A DNA stretch of 64,000 bases, from positions 9,810 through 73,809 of the forward strand of contig QCDN01000002.1 in assembly GCA_003280885.1 (NCBI GenBank), written 5' to 3'. A program made the translations under genes and the position numbers. Origin of the DNA: Prochlorococcus sp. AG-355-J04 (GTDB taxonomy: Bacteria; Cyanobacteriota; Cyanobacteriia; PCC-6307; Cyanobiaceae). Shown here in pieces: positions 8,944 through 17,068 of the stretch; the first letter of the stretch is position 1, and each line of letters opens with the position of its first letter. The notes below the pieces were generated by a model. It had not been told where the DNA came from and did no database searches. It saw only the letters and a list, made by a program, of their open reading frames with translations.

Positions 8944-9038
8944 AAAAAAAAGACCCCTCTAAGAGAGATCTTTTAAAATTGATTTATATCGAGTGTTTCC
9001 TTGTTTCCACTGAAATAAATCAATTTCTCCTACACACA
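8944..9038 (-). ncRNA. yfr2: Yfr2-family sRNA
   Basis: 5' GUGUGUAGGAG; long stem AAUUGAUUUAU...AUAAAUCAAUU carrying the tandem GGAAACA-A-GGAAACA motif; 3' terminator hairpin with U tail. The exact paralog (Yfr2-5) is not resolved. Confidence 0.9.
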
Positions 9039-9107
9039 TATTTAATATCACACTTAAATTCAAAATATGTAATGCTTAATGGACCTCTATTTTAACTGTC
9101 ACATCTC

Positions 9108-9192
9108 AAAAAAAATACAAAAAGTACTCAAACTTTGCGGCCGAGTACTTTTAAAGTTATCAGAAAAAAGTGTGTGAGGAGTTTCTGATGTA
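9108..9192 (-). ncRNA. Yfr1-motif sRNA (Yfr10-like)
   Basis: ACUCCUCACAC motif (9172-9182) in the loop of an AUCAGAAA/UUUCUGAU stem, then a 10-bp AAAAGUACUC/GAGUACUUUU terminator; ends approximate. Confidence 0.8.
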
Positions 9193-9305
9193 TTTAATTT
9201 ACTCCGTAGGTAATTTAAAAGGCTACAGTATAAAATACTAATTATTTAAATCTTTCAGAAAAATTGGACGTTGATGAAAAAAATAATCAAAAACATAAAA
9301 AATTC

Positions 9306-9440
9306 ATGAAAATCATTTACAAAAAAATCATTTTTATTATTTCGGCAATTGCTCTTTTTTCAGTAATAGTGGGTGTTGTCAAATATTCGCTTACTTATAT
9401 TGAAAATAATCCCGAAAAATACTTACCTACACAAAAGTAG
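9306..9440 (+). CDS. Small single-TM protein (44 aa)
   Basis: ORF read by hand: MKIIYKKIIFIISAIALFSVIVGVVKYSLTYIENNPEKYLPTQK. Confidence 0.5.
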   Translation: MKIIYKKIIFIISAIALFSVIVGVVKYSLTYIENNPEKYLPTQK

Positions 9441-9517
9441 GACAAAAATTAAGTATAAATTCACTTCAAAAAATCTAAAAAGTGTCTTAGATATGATCCA
9501 CATTGACAGCTTGAGTC

Positions 9518-9661
9518 ATGAAAATCAAAAACACTTCAGTTCTTAATCAGAATAATATTCTTTTAAATCAATTTAAAAATAAGCATAAATATCAAATACT
9601 TGAAAATTATTGGAAAAAAAGAAAGAAAGAATGTGAAAAAAATCTTTCAAAATTTTGCTAA
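9518..9661 (+). CDS. Small basic hypothetical protein (47 aa)
   Basis: ORF read by hand, ending YWKKRKKECEKNLSKFC; 9 nt before the next gene. Confidence 0.4.
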   Translation: MKIKNTSVLNQNNILLNQFKNKHKYQILENYWKKRKKECEKNLSKFC

Positions 9662-9670
9662 CCGATAATT

Positions 9671-9919
9671 ATGAATTTTATTTTTTCTTTTTTATTAGCA
9701 TCTGTAATGTGGGTACAAGTTCCACAATGGGAAGCTGACTGGTCAAAATGTGCTGTAGATGTTCCCGATTCGTCATGTCACTGGTACGTAGCTGCTCCCG
9801 ATAATACTTTTGGGGAGGGATTTAATTGGGAAAACGCTCCTTGGTTTGATGCTAATGGATTACAGGATGTAGCTAAGATTGAGAAAGAATCTGTAGTAGA
9901 AAAACTTCAGAATAACTAA
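9671..9919 (+). CDS. Secreted hypothetical protein rich in Trp and Cys
   Basis: Signal-like N-terminus; WVQVPQW...C..D.PD..CHWY. Confidence 0.75.
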   Translation: MNFIFSFLLASVMWVQVPQWEADWSKCAVDVPDSSCHWYVAAPDNTFGEGFNWENAPWFDANGLQDVAKIEKESVVEKLQNN

Positions 9920-10002
9920 AGTTTCTATTTCATCAATTAACTTTTAAAAGTATTTAAATCTAGTTGCTTAGTGGTTAACTTTTGATTAATTAAATAATTT
10001 TT

Positions 10003-10149
10003 ATGCGTTTCAAAGTAAGTCTCAAAAAAAATGGAAAGGAATTTGATGAAGTTGTTATAGCTAATAATAAAAAAGAAGCTATAGAAGTAGCTTTAAAAAA
10101 CAATCCAGAAGCTCAAGCATTAAATTCTGATTGGACATTTAAGATTTAA
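10003..10149 (+). CDS. Small hypothetical protein (48 aa, MRFKVSLKKNGKEFDEVVIANNKKEAIEVALKNNPEA...)
   Basis: ORF read by hand; its stop abuts the znuB stop. Confidence 0.65.
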   Translation: MRFKVSLKKNGKEFDEVVIANNKKEAIEVALKNNPEAQALNSDWTFKI

Positions 10150-10935
10150 TTATTTGCGAAGCTTAGGAATTAAAAGGGACGCAACACAAATAACGCTAAT
10201 TGCAGGTCCAGGCGAAAGATTAAAGACTATAGACAGAATAAATCCAAGAAGTGAGATACATAATCCAAAAAATGAAGACCTCATCATTGCAATTCTTAAA
10301 CTATGAGCCTTATTTAGCCCTAACAAAGTTGGCGTAGAAAGAAGAGCAATTACAAGAATTACTCCCACTGCTGACATTGAACTAACAATTACTAATGCCG
10401 TTGTAAAACTCAATGCAAGATTTAATAAAGAAACGTTTATACCGCTTGCGGATGCACCTTCTGGATCCAATCCCACATAAACAACCTTTTCATATCCAAA
10501 AGTCATTAAAAGTATAAATACTAAAAAAGCAATTATTGTTCTCAGTAAATCTCCAAAATTTGCTGTCAATAAATCGCCAAATAATACTGCCTCCAAATCA
10601 ATCCTTATTCCGAGTAAAGGGATTATAAGGACCCCAAATCCAAGCATTCCAGCGAGAATAGTATTCATAACTGCTTCATAATTTTCACTTTTTCTATTAG
10701 TTAAACTTTCCGCAATTACTGAGCCCAGAAGACCACTTATAACACCACCAATTGAGGGGTGGATTCCAAGCGCTAATGCGAGAGCAAGTCCAGGCAACAC
10801 ACAATGAGAGATTAAATTAACTTGTAATAATCTCTTATGAGTGATTAATACAGTTCCCATAGCTGGGCATAAAATCCCAGAGAATATAGTTATTATTAAT
10901 GGAACCAGCCACCAGTTGTTATTAATAAAAGACAT
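10150..10935 (-). CDS. znuB: Zn/Mn ABC transporter permease (ZnuB/ABC-3)
   Basis: ISHCVLPG, LFGDLL and VGVILVIALL motifs; gene context. Confidence 0.85.
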   Translation of the reverse strand: MSFINNNWWLVPLIITIFSGILCPAMGTVLITHKRLLQVNLISHCVLPGLALALALGIHPSIGGVISGLLGSVIAESLTNRKSENYEAVMNTILAGMLGFGVLIIPLLGIRIDLEAVLFGDLLTANFGDLLRTIIAFLVFILLMTFGYEKVVYVGLDPEGASASGINVSLLNLALSFTTALVIVSSMSAVGVILVIALLSTPTLLGLNKAHSLRIAMMRSSFFGLCISLLGFILSIVFNLSPGPAISVICVASLLIPKLRK

Positions 10936-10990
10936 TATTCGAATGATTCGGTATGATCAAAAATACGGGACAAAAAAGATTTCGGAAACA

Positions 10991-11386
10991 ATGGTAACTA
11001 AGTCTGACATTACCAAAAGACAAGAACAACTTCTTGAAGAACTTAATAAATGTGAGGATGAATTGACTGGTCAAGAGTTGCATAGACAATTGATAGAAAG
11101 CGGAAAGGCTATGGGACTGACGACTGTTTACAGGAATCTTCAAGTTCTGATAAAGCATGGCTTAATACGTTCTAGACATCTCCCAACTGGAGAGGTTCTG
11201 TACACTCCCGTAGATAGAGATATTCATCATTTGACCTGTGTTCAATGTGGTGAGACATCAAAAATGGAAGGATGCCCGGTAAAAGATATTCATACACCCA
11301 AAACAAATCCAAAGAAATTCCAATTGTTGTTTCATACCCTCGAATATTTCGGGCTTTGCCAAAACTGTTATCAAGCTCAGAATTAA
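10991..11386 (+). CDS. zur: Fur-family regulator, Zur; true start probably ATG 10991
   Basis: GLTTVYRNL, HHLTCVQCG and C-terminal CxxC; lies inside the znu cluster; the longer 10841 start overlaps znuB. Confidence 0.85.
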   Translation: MVTKSDITKRQEQLLEELNKCEDELTGQELHRQLIESGKAMGLTTVYRNLQVLIKHGLIRSRHLPTGEVLYTPVDRDIHHLTCVQCGETSKMEGCPVKDIHTPKTNPKKFQLLFHTLEYFGLCQNCYQAQN

Positions 11387-11399
11387 AAAGGAACATTCT

Positions 11400-12170
11400 C
11401 TAATCACAGAAATTATTTTCGTTTATAGAGCTAATGTTTATTGCCTCTAATTTATCTTGTATTTGGTCAGGACTACCAACTGCCAAAACACTTTTATCAA
11501 GAACGATTACTTGATCATAGTTATTTAAAGAATCGCCCCAATCATGGCTACTTACGAGCAAAGAAAGTCCGGCATCGGCAAGTTGACGAACAATTTTAAG
11601 AAAATCCTCCTTTGCCGGTGGGTCCAAAGCTGCACAAGGTTCATCTAAAAGAAATATTTTTGCCGGGGACATAAGAGTTTTTGCTAATAGAGCTCTTTGC
11701 TGCTGGCCTCCTGAAAGAGAATCGAGTCTTCTATTCGCCAAACTTGCAATTCCTACTCTCTGCATTGTCGCCTCTAATTCACAACATTTATTAATCCAAG
11801 AATTAGGATATGCTAGAAGAGTCTTAATTTGAAAGGGGTTATTACTTCTTGATTTTGAATACTTTATTTGACCAAGAGATACCAATTTTTCAACTGTGAT
11901 GGGGAACTTCCAATTCATAGAACTTCTTTGAGGCATAAGTGCTACAAGAGCTCTAGATCTATATAAATTTTCACCATCAATTTTTATTTCGCCTTTATCT
12001 GGAGTATTTTGTCCTTGCAAAATTCTCAAAAGAGTTGATTTACCTGCGCCATTTGGGCCAACTAACGCTGTTAGAGTTCCAGGTTTAATCTCAACAGATA
12101 CCTTATTCAAAACTGGCTTACTTTTTTTTGCGTATGCAAAGGTTAAATTTTCAGCGACTAAAGTAGCCAT
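11400..12170 (-). CDS. znuC: Zn/Mn ABC transporter ATPase
   Basis: GPNGAGKST, LSGGQQQR, LLDEP and SSHD motifs. Confidence 0.9.
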   Translation of the reverse strand: MATLVAENLTFAYAKKSKPVLNKVSVEIKPGTLTALVGPNGAGKSTLLRILQGQNTPDKGEIKIDGENLYRSRALVALMPQRSSMNWKFPITVEKLVSLGQIKYSKSRSNNPFQIKTLLAYPNSWINKCCELEATMQRVGIASLANRRLDSLSGGQQQRALLAKTLMSPAKIFLLDEPCAALDPPAKEDFLKIVRQLADAGLSLLVSSHDWGDSLNNYDQVIVLDKSVLAVGSPDQIQDKLEAINISSINENNFCD

Positions 12171-12267
12171 TAATTAATCTTTTAAAAAAGTCACTTTACA
12201 AGCTTACCAATAATACAAGTTGCGTATTATTTTCATAACATTTGATACCTTCACTTGTCAGAGATAA

Positions 12268-12288
12268 TGAAAATGATTATCATTTTTA
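12268..12288. promoter_or_regulatory. Zur box
   Basis: TGAAAATGATTATCATTTTTA, an inverted repeat matching the cyanobacterial Zur consensus, 19 nt upstream of znuA in the divergent znuC/znuA spacer. Confidence 0.8.
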
Positions 12289-12306
12289 AGTATTTAATTA
12301 TTTTTC

Positions 12307-13848
12307 ATGTCAATTTTTAAAAGACTTTTAACAAATAAAAAAGGTTCGAGTAAATCAATTATTAAAAATTCTGTAATAGCAGGAACAATTATATTTTCTG
12401 GTTTTGGGCAGGATGTTATGGCTAAAGGAAAGTTATATGTAGCAGTAGAACCACTAGTTTGTGATTTAGTTAAATCAATTGCATTACCATCTGACGAAGT
12501 TACATGCTTAGTAGATAGAAAACAAGATGTTCATGACTTAAAGATCAATCCAAGGCAAGCTCAATTACTAAATAGCGCAGATAAAGTATTTACTCTTGGT
12601 AAAGAAATGACTCCAAGTATGAGAAATTGGGAAAACAAAAAGAATACTGTTGTTGTAGGTGTTAGTGCAATAGACGTAGATGATCATTCTGATCATGGAG
12701 GTCATGATGATCACTCAGACCATGGTGGACATGACGATCATTCTGAACATTCAGCTAAAGTAGATGATCGTTCTGATCATGGAGGTCATGATGATCATTC
12801 AGACCATGGAGGACATGATGATCATGCTGAAGGTGCTTTCGAATGGGCAGGCAAATTTCAACTTTCTAAGGGTTCTTACAAATGGTCATTTGAAAAAGTC
12901 GATGGCGAATATGCAGATCCTGCAATGAAGATGGTGATTCTCAAATCTAATGACATAGAAGGGTCTGAAGATTTAGCTAAAGAATTATTAGGATCTAAAG
13001 ACTCAATAAGCAGAAAAAATGATGGTACTTTGATAGCAAGTAATAAAGCTTTTGTTCTTAACTTTGATCAAAGAAAAGAAAGTAATGTTTTTAACGTGGA
13101 TATCAAAGAAGATGGTGAATATATATTTTTTACTGAACACATGCCTTTTGAGTTTGAAGCAACTCAACACTTTTTTAAAGACGTTTCAAATAGTGATGTA
13201 GAACCAATAGCACAAGTTCCAGACGAAGGTGAGGGGCATCATCATCATGACCATGGAGGTCTAGATCCACATGTATGGCATGATCCGCATAACATCATAA
13301 AAATGGGAGATCTTATAAGCAAAAGTTTAAAGAAAGATATTTCAGTTTTTAATAGAGGTGACAGAAAAATAATTAATGAAAGATTCGAAAAAGCTGATTC
13401 TCTCTTAGAAGGCTTAGATAGTTGGATCGTCGAACAAGTAAGTTCTATTCCTGAGGAGAACAGACTAATTGTCTCTAAACACAAAGCAATGGAATACTAC
13501 GGGGATGCATTTGGTTTTGAAACCATTAGTTTACTTGACTTTCTTGGAGACTCCTCAAGCTTAAGGCCAGACAACATAAGTTCTACTTTAAAAATGTTAG
13601 ATGAAGAGAAAGTTCAGGCAATATTTCCTGAACAAATTCCAGCATCTAAGTTATTAAGGAACTTAAGTAGACAAAGTTCAGTTCCTTTAGCTTCTAATCA
13701 AATATTCGTTGATGGATTGATGATGGATGGTAATACGGTTTCAGTTGCTGTTCACAATACTTGTACAATTGTTGACTCATTAGGTGGAAGCTGTGATAAA
13801 GAATCTGGTTCCAATCTTGAGTCTGAATGGTACAAACTTTCAGATTAA
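12307..13848 (+). CDS. znuA: Zinc ABC transporter substrate-binding protein with His-rich repeats and an extra ~105-aa domain
   Basis: Cluster A-I ligand motifs DVHD, DPHVWHD and SKHKA; His/Asp loop; 513 aa. Confidence 0.85.
   Translation: MSIFKRLLTNKKGSSKSIIKNSVIAGTIIFSGFGQDVMAKGKLYVAVEPLVCDLVKSIALPSDEVTCLVDRKQDVHDLKINPRQAQLLNSADKVFTLGKEMTPSMRNWENKKNTVVVGVSAIDVDDHSDHGGHDDHSDHGGHDDHSEHSAKVDDRSDHGGHDDHSDHGGHDDHAEGAFEWAGKFQLSKGSYKWSFEKVDGEYADPAMKMVILKSNDIEGSEDLAKELLGSKDSISRKNDGTLIASNKAFVLNFDQRKESNVFNVDIKEDGEYIFFTEHMPFEFEATQHFFKDVSNSDVEPIAQVPDEGEGHHHHDHGGLDPHVWHDPHNIIKMGDLISKSLKKDISVFNRGDRKIINERFEKADSLLEGLDSWIVEQVSSIPEENRLIVSKHKAMEYYGDAFGFETISLLDFLGDSSSLRPDNISSTLKMLDEEKVQAIFPEQIPASKLLRNLSRQSSVPLASNQIFVDGLMMDGNTVSVAVHNTCTIVDSLGGSCDKESGSNLESEWYKLSD
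12676..12831 (+). repeat. Coding tandem repeat: 27-bp DDHSDHGGH units nested in an 84-bp duplication
   Basis: gta gat gat c(a/g)t tct gat cat gga ggt cat occurs at 12676 and again at 12760. Confidence 0.9.
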
Positions 13849-13925
13849 ATTTTTCTAATAAAAACGGTTTTCATTTCTTATTATTACTATTATTAAACTA
13901 TTGTTTATTTAGTAAAAATCAGTAA

Positions 13926-15275
13926 ATGAGCATCAAAGATAAAGTTCCCGTAACCATCCTCACTGGATTCTTAGGTTCAGGGAAAACTACTTTGCTTAAT
14001 AGAATTTTAAGTGAAGAGCACGGGAAAAGAATAGCCGTAATTGAGAATGAATACGGTGAAGTAGGAATAGATCAAGGTCTCGTAATTAATGCCGATGAAG
14101 AAGTATTTGAGATGTCAAACGGGTGCATTTGTTGTACTGTTCGCGGTGATTTAATAAGAGTCCTTGGCAACCTTATGAAAAGGAGAGATAAGTTTGACTA
14201 TGTTTTAGTAGAAACAACAGGATTAGCAGATCCAGGCCCAGTTGCTCAGACTTTTTTCATGGATGAAGAGATTAGTTCTGAATTTACTCTTGATGGAATT
14301 GTGACTTTAGTTGATGCTGCACATATTGATCAACAGCTAGGCAGGAGTGACGAAAGTTCAGAACAAGTGGCATTTGCAGATGTTCTTGTCCTTAATAAAA
14401 CTGATTTAGTCTCTGATGATGCATTAGATACCCTTGAATCAAGATTGAGAGATATGAATCGAATGACTCGCATTATTAGAGCCGAGAATGCCAAAGTACC
14501 AATTGAAACAGTCTTAAATCTAAGTGCATTTGATCTCGATCAGATCCTTAAACGCAGACCAACATTTCTTGAGCCAGAATATCCTTTTGAATGGACGGGT
14601 GTTTACGATCTAGATGCAGGTAAATATGAATTAATGCTAGAAGAAGGACCCGATCCAGAAATGTCCCTAGTAGCTCTCGTTAACCAGGGTGAGAGTGAGG
14701 AAGAACTTAAAGATGGTGCTGAATCCTCCGTAAGACTTTATGCAGAAAATGCTAATACTTTGGAGCCTGGAAATACTGTCCCATATGGAGAACATGTAAA
14801 TCTAAAATTGGAGGATAAAGGAAATAAATCCTTCATCCTTAACATAGAAAAGCCAACAAAAATAGGTTTGTTTACACAGCACACTGCTGAAGAATTTAAT
14901 ATGAAAGTCATTAAAAGTGACGAAAATAAAGAGATTCCATTTAATACTGAAAGGTTCTGGCAAGCAGAGCATGAACATGATGATGAAGTAGGCTCAATTG
15001 CTATAGAGCGTTTTGGAGATGTTGACCCAGAAAAACTAAATACTTGGATGGGAAGGCTTCTCTCAGAAAAAGGGGTGGATATATTCAGAACTAAAGGTTT
15101 CATAAGTTACTCAGGTAACCCAAGGCGAATAGTTTTCCAGGGGGTACACATGTTATTTACTGCACAACCTGACAAAGAATGGGGTGACGAACCTCGTAGA
15201 AATCAACTTGTTTTTATCGGTAGAAATCTAAATGAGAAAGAGATGCAAGAAGGCTTTGATAAATGCCTGATATAG
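13926..15275 (+). CDS. COG0523/CobW-family G3E metallochaperone GTPase with an internal extra domain
   Basis: GFLGSGKTT, CICC, ETTG and NKTD motifs; CobW_C domain (FRTKG...QGVH...LVFIGR). Confidence 0.92.
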   Translation: MSIKDKVPVTILTGFLGSGKTTLLNRILSEEHGKRIAVIENEYGEVGIDQGLVINADEEVFEMSNGCICCTVRGDLIRVLGNLMKRRDKFDYVLVETTGLADPGPVAQTFFMDEEISSEFTLDGIVTLVDAAHIDQQLGRSDESSEQVAFADVLVLNKTDLVSDDALDTLESRLRDMNRMTRIIRAENAKVPIETVLNLSAFDLDQILKRRPTFLEPEYPFEWTGVYDLDAGKYELMLEEGPDPEMSLVALVNQGESEEELKDGAESSVRLYAENANTLEPGNTVPYGEHVNLKLEDKGNKSFILNIEKPTKIGLFTQHTAEEFNMKVIKSDENKEIPFNTERFWQAEHEHDDEVGSIAIERFGDVDPEKLNTWMGRLLSEKGVDIFRTKGFISYSGNPRRIVFQGVHMLFTAQPDKEWGDEPRRNQLVFIGRNLNEKEMQEGFDKCLI

Positions 15276-16336
15276 AACCATTTAGCCCAAGAGGCATGTT
15301 CCATGAAGGATGGACAGCAGAAGTTAACGATTACGCCATTGCATGTGGCTGGGCTCTTAAAGGTAAACAATTTATTGTTGGCGACGTGGCAGGAGGTCTT
15401 TTTGCATTCGAAGGAGATACTGGAAAAATTATTTGGGAAAAAGAAAATACACACTCTGGAGGTTTACTAGCAATGGCCATTCATCCAGAGGGTGAAATTT
15501 TTGCAACATCAGGTCAGGATGGAAATGTTCAAATTTGTAATTGTCACGAAGGTAAAGTAATTAAAACTCTTGATCTTGGTAAGGGTTGGGTAGAACACCT
15601 CAAGTGGTCTAATGAAGGTTTATTTCTAGCCATAGCTTCATCAAAAAAGGTATATGTTTTTAATGAAGTTGGTGAAGAGAAATGGATCTCAGAAGACCAC
15701 CCAAGCACTGTGAGTGCAATCAAATGGTCAAATAAAAATGAACTAGCTACTGCTTGCTACGGAAGAGTGACATTCTTTGACATAGTTAATAATAAAACGA
15801 ATCAAAAACTCGAGTGGCAAGGATCATTGGTATCTATGGAATTAAGTCCTGATGGAGATATAGTTGCCTGTGGTAGTCAAGACAATTCAGTTCATTTTTG
15901 GAGAAGATCAACTGGGATGGATGCTGAAATGACAGGATACCCTGGTAAACCAAGTCATCTTTCTTTTGATGACAGCGGAAAATTATTAGCAACTAGTGGA
16001 AGTGAAAGAATTACAGTTTGGAGCTTTATAGGAAATGGTCCAGAAGGGACTATGCCAGGAGAGCTATGTCACCATACAGAACCCATTTCAAGCCTAGCCT
16101 TTTCAAATAAAGGTATGCTCGTAGCCTCAGGATCTAGGGATGGTTCTGTTGTCGCAAGTTTCCTAAAGAATGATGGCAATGGAGACCCAGTTGGGGCTGC
16201 ATTCGCCGGGGATTTGGTAGGGGCAATATCATGGAGACCTGATGATTGTGCACTTGCAGCAGTTAATGCAAAAGGTGTTGTAAATGTATGGAAATTTAAA
16301 GTTCGTACTAACCTTTTTTCAAAGGGATTTAAGTAA
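15263..16336 (+). CDS. WD40 beta-propeller protein coupled to the COG0523 gene
   Basis: Repeats such as ATSGQDG.V.I, ACGSQDNSVHFW and ASGSRDG; overlaps the upstream stop codon. Confidence 0.85.
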   Translation: MPDIEPFSPRGMFHEGWTAEVNDYAIACGWALKGKQFIVGDVAGGLFAFEGDTGKIIWEKENTHSGGLLAMAIHPEGEIFATSGQDGNVQICNCHEGKVIKTLDLGKGWVEHLKWSNEGLFLAIASSKKVYVFNEVGEEKWISEDHPSTVSAIKWSNKNELATACYGRVTFFDIVNNKTNQKLEWQGSLVSMELSPDGDIVACGSQDNSVHFWRRSTGMDAEMTGYPGKPSHLSFDDSGKLLATSGSERITVWSFIGNGPEGTMPGELCHHTEPISSLAFSNKGMLVASGSRDGSVVASFLKNDGNGDPVGAAFAGDLVGAISWRPDDCALAAVNAKGVVNVWKFKVRTNLFSKGFK

Positions 16337-16354
16337 AAAGTAGAAATTTATTAA

Positions 16355-16510
16355 TTACCAATAGTTAGCTTTTAAATGTCTTTCCATACAAATGACCTCA
16401 CAGTCATTATCTATCCCTTTTGGGTGAATATCGCAATATGAGAGACATTGAAAATATTCGTCTATGGGATTTGATTTATCAGTTTTACTAACTTCTTTCG
16501 AATGATTCAT
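16355..16510 (-). CDS. Small twin-CX3C protein (51 aa)
   Basis: ORF read by hand: ...PIDEYFQCLSYCDIHPKGIDNDCEVICMERHL... Confidence 0.7.
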   Translation of the reverse strand: MNHSKEVSKTDKSNPIDEYFQCLSYCDIHPKGIDNDCEVICMERHLKANYW

Positions 16511-16795
16511 AAAAGATTTCCTCAATTATTAAAATTAAGATAGACGAATTAAATATCAAAAGAAATAAGCAAAACTTACTAAAAATATCTCAAAAAAATT
16601 AACACAATTGATTACTACTCTCGGACATTTTTAAATAAAAGGCAATGCGTATAAAAACGGATTGTCTTTAGAGAAATATTTTCCTAATTTTATATTGTTG
16701 AGTTCTAGGAGGTCTTTCAAAATGATCGATAGCCTGCCTGAAATTTCGGAATAAACCGAACTAATTTAATTAACTGCTCCAATTATTTTTTATTA

Positions 16796-16885
16796 ATGTC
16801 TAAGCTTCCTTCTTCTGCATCGTTTAGGTGCCCTTTGAGAAACAAGCTTAATTCTAGAGTTTTTGCCCCAGTTAAAGACAATTAG
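16796..16885 (+). CDS. Putative 29-aa peptide MSKLPSSASFRCPLRNKLNSRVFAPVKDN
   Basis: ORF read by hand in a locally GC-richer intergenic tract upstream of a strong terminator. Confidence 0.35.
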   Translation: MSKLPSSASFRCPLRNKLNSRVFAPVKDN

Positions 16886-16979
16886 TTAATTTTGTGAGCA
16901 TTAGCTTAATAGAAGTTAGCAGCAAGGATCCATGATTTAGGTGCGTTATTAACTTCAGTAAAAAATATAAGTAAGAGAT

Positions 16980-17009
16980 AAAAGAGGGCTTAAATAAGCC
17001 CTCTTTTTT
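16980..17009 (+). terminator. Intrinsic terminator, possibly bidirectional
   Basis: Perfect AAAAGAGGGCTT-aaat-AAGCCCTCTTTT stem plus T tail. Confidence 0.85.
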
Positions 17010-17068
17010 GTTATGAGATGACTTTCTTCTAATTTTATAGATAATGATTAAAGCAATAAAATTTTAAA

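Noticed and set aside
10841-10990. N-terminal extension of Zur in the 181-aa track ORF
   Set aside because: It overlaps znuB on the opposite strand; the Fur-like sequence starts near ATG 10991
12676-12831. CRISPR-like repeat array
   Set aside because: In-frame coding His repeats with synonymous variation, no unique spacers and no cas genes
16620-16980. Cobalamin or glutamine riboswitch near the CobW-like gene
   Set aside because: No B12-box (GGGAA...GCCACTG) or glnA/downstream-peptide consensus was recognised, and the region is downstream of the gene
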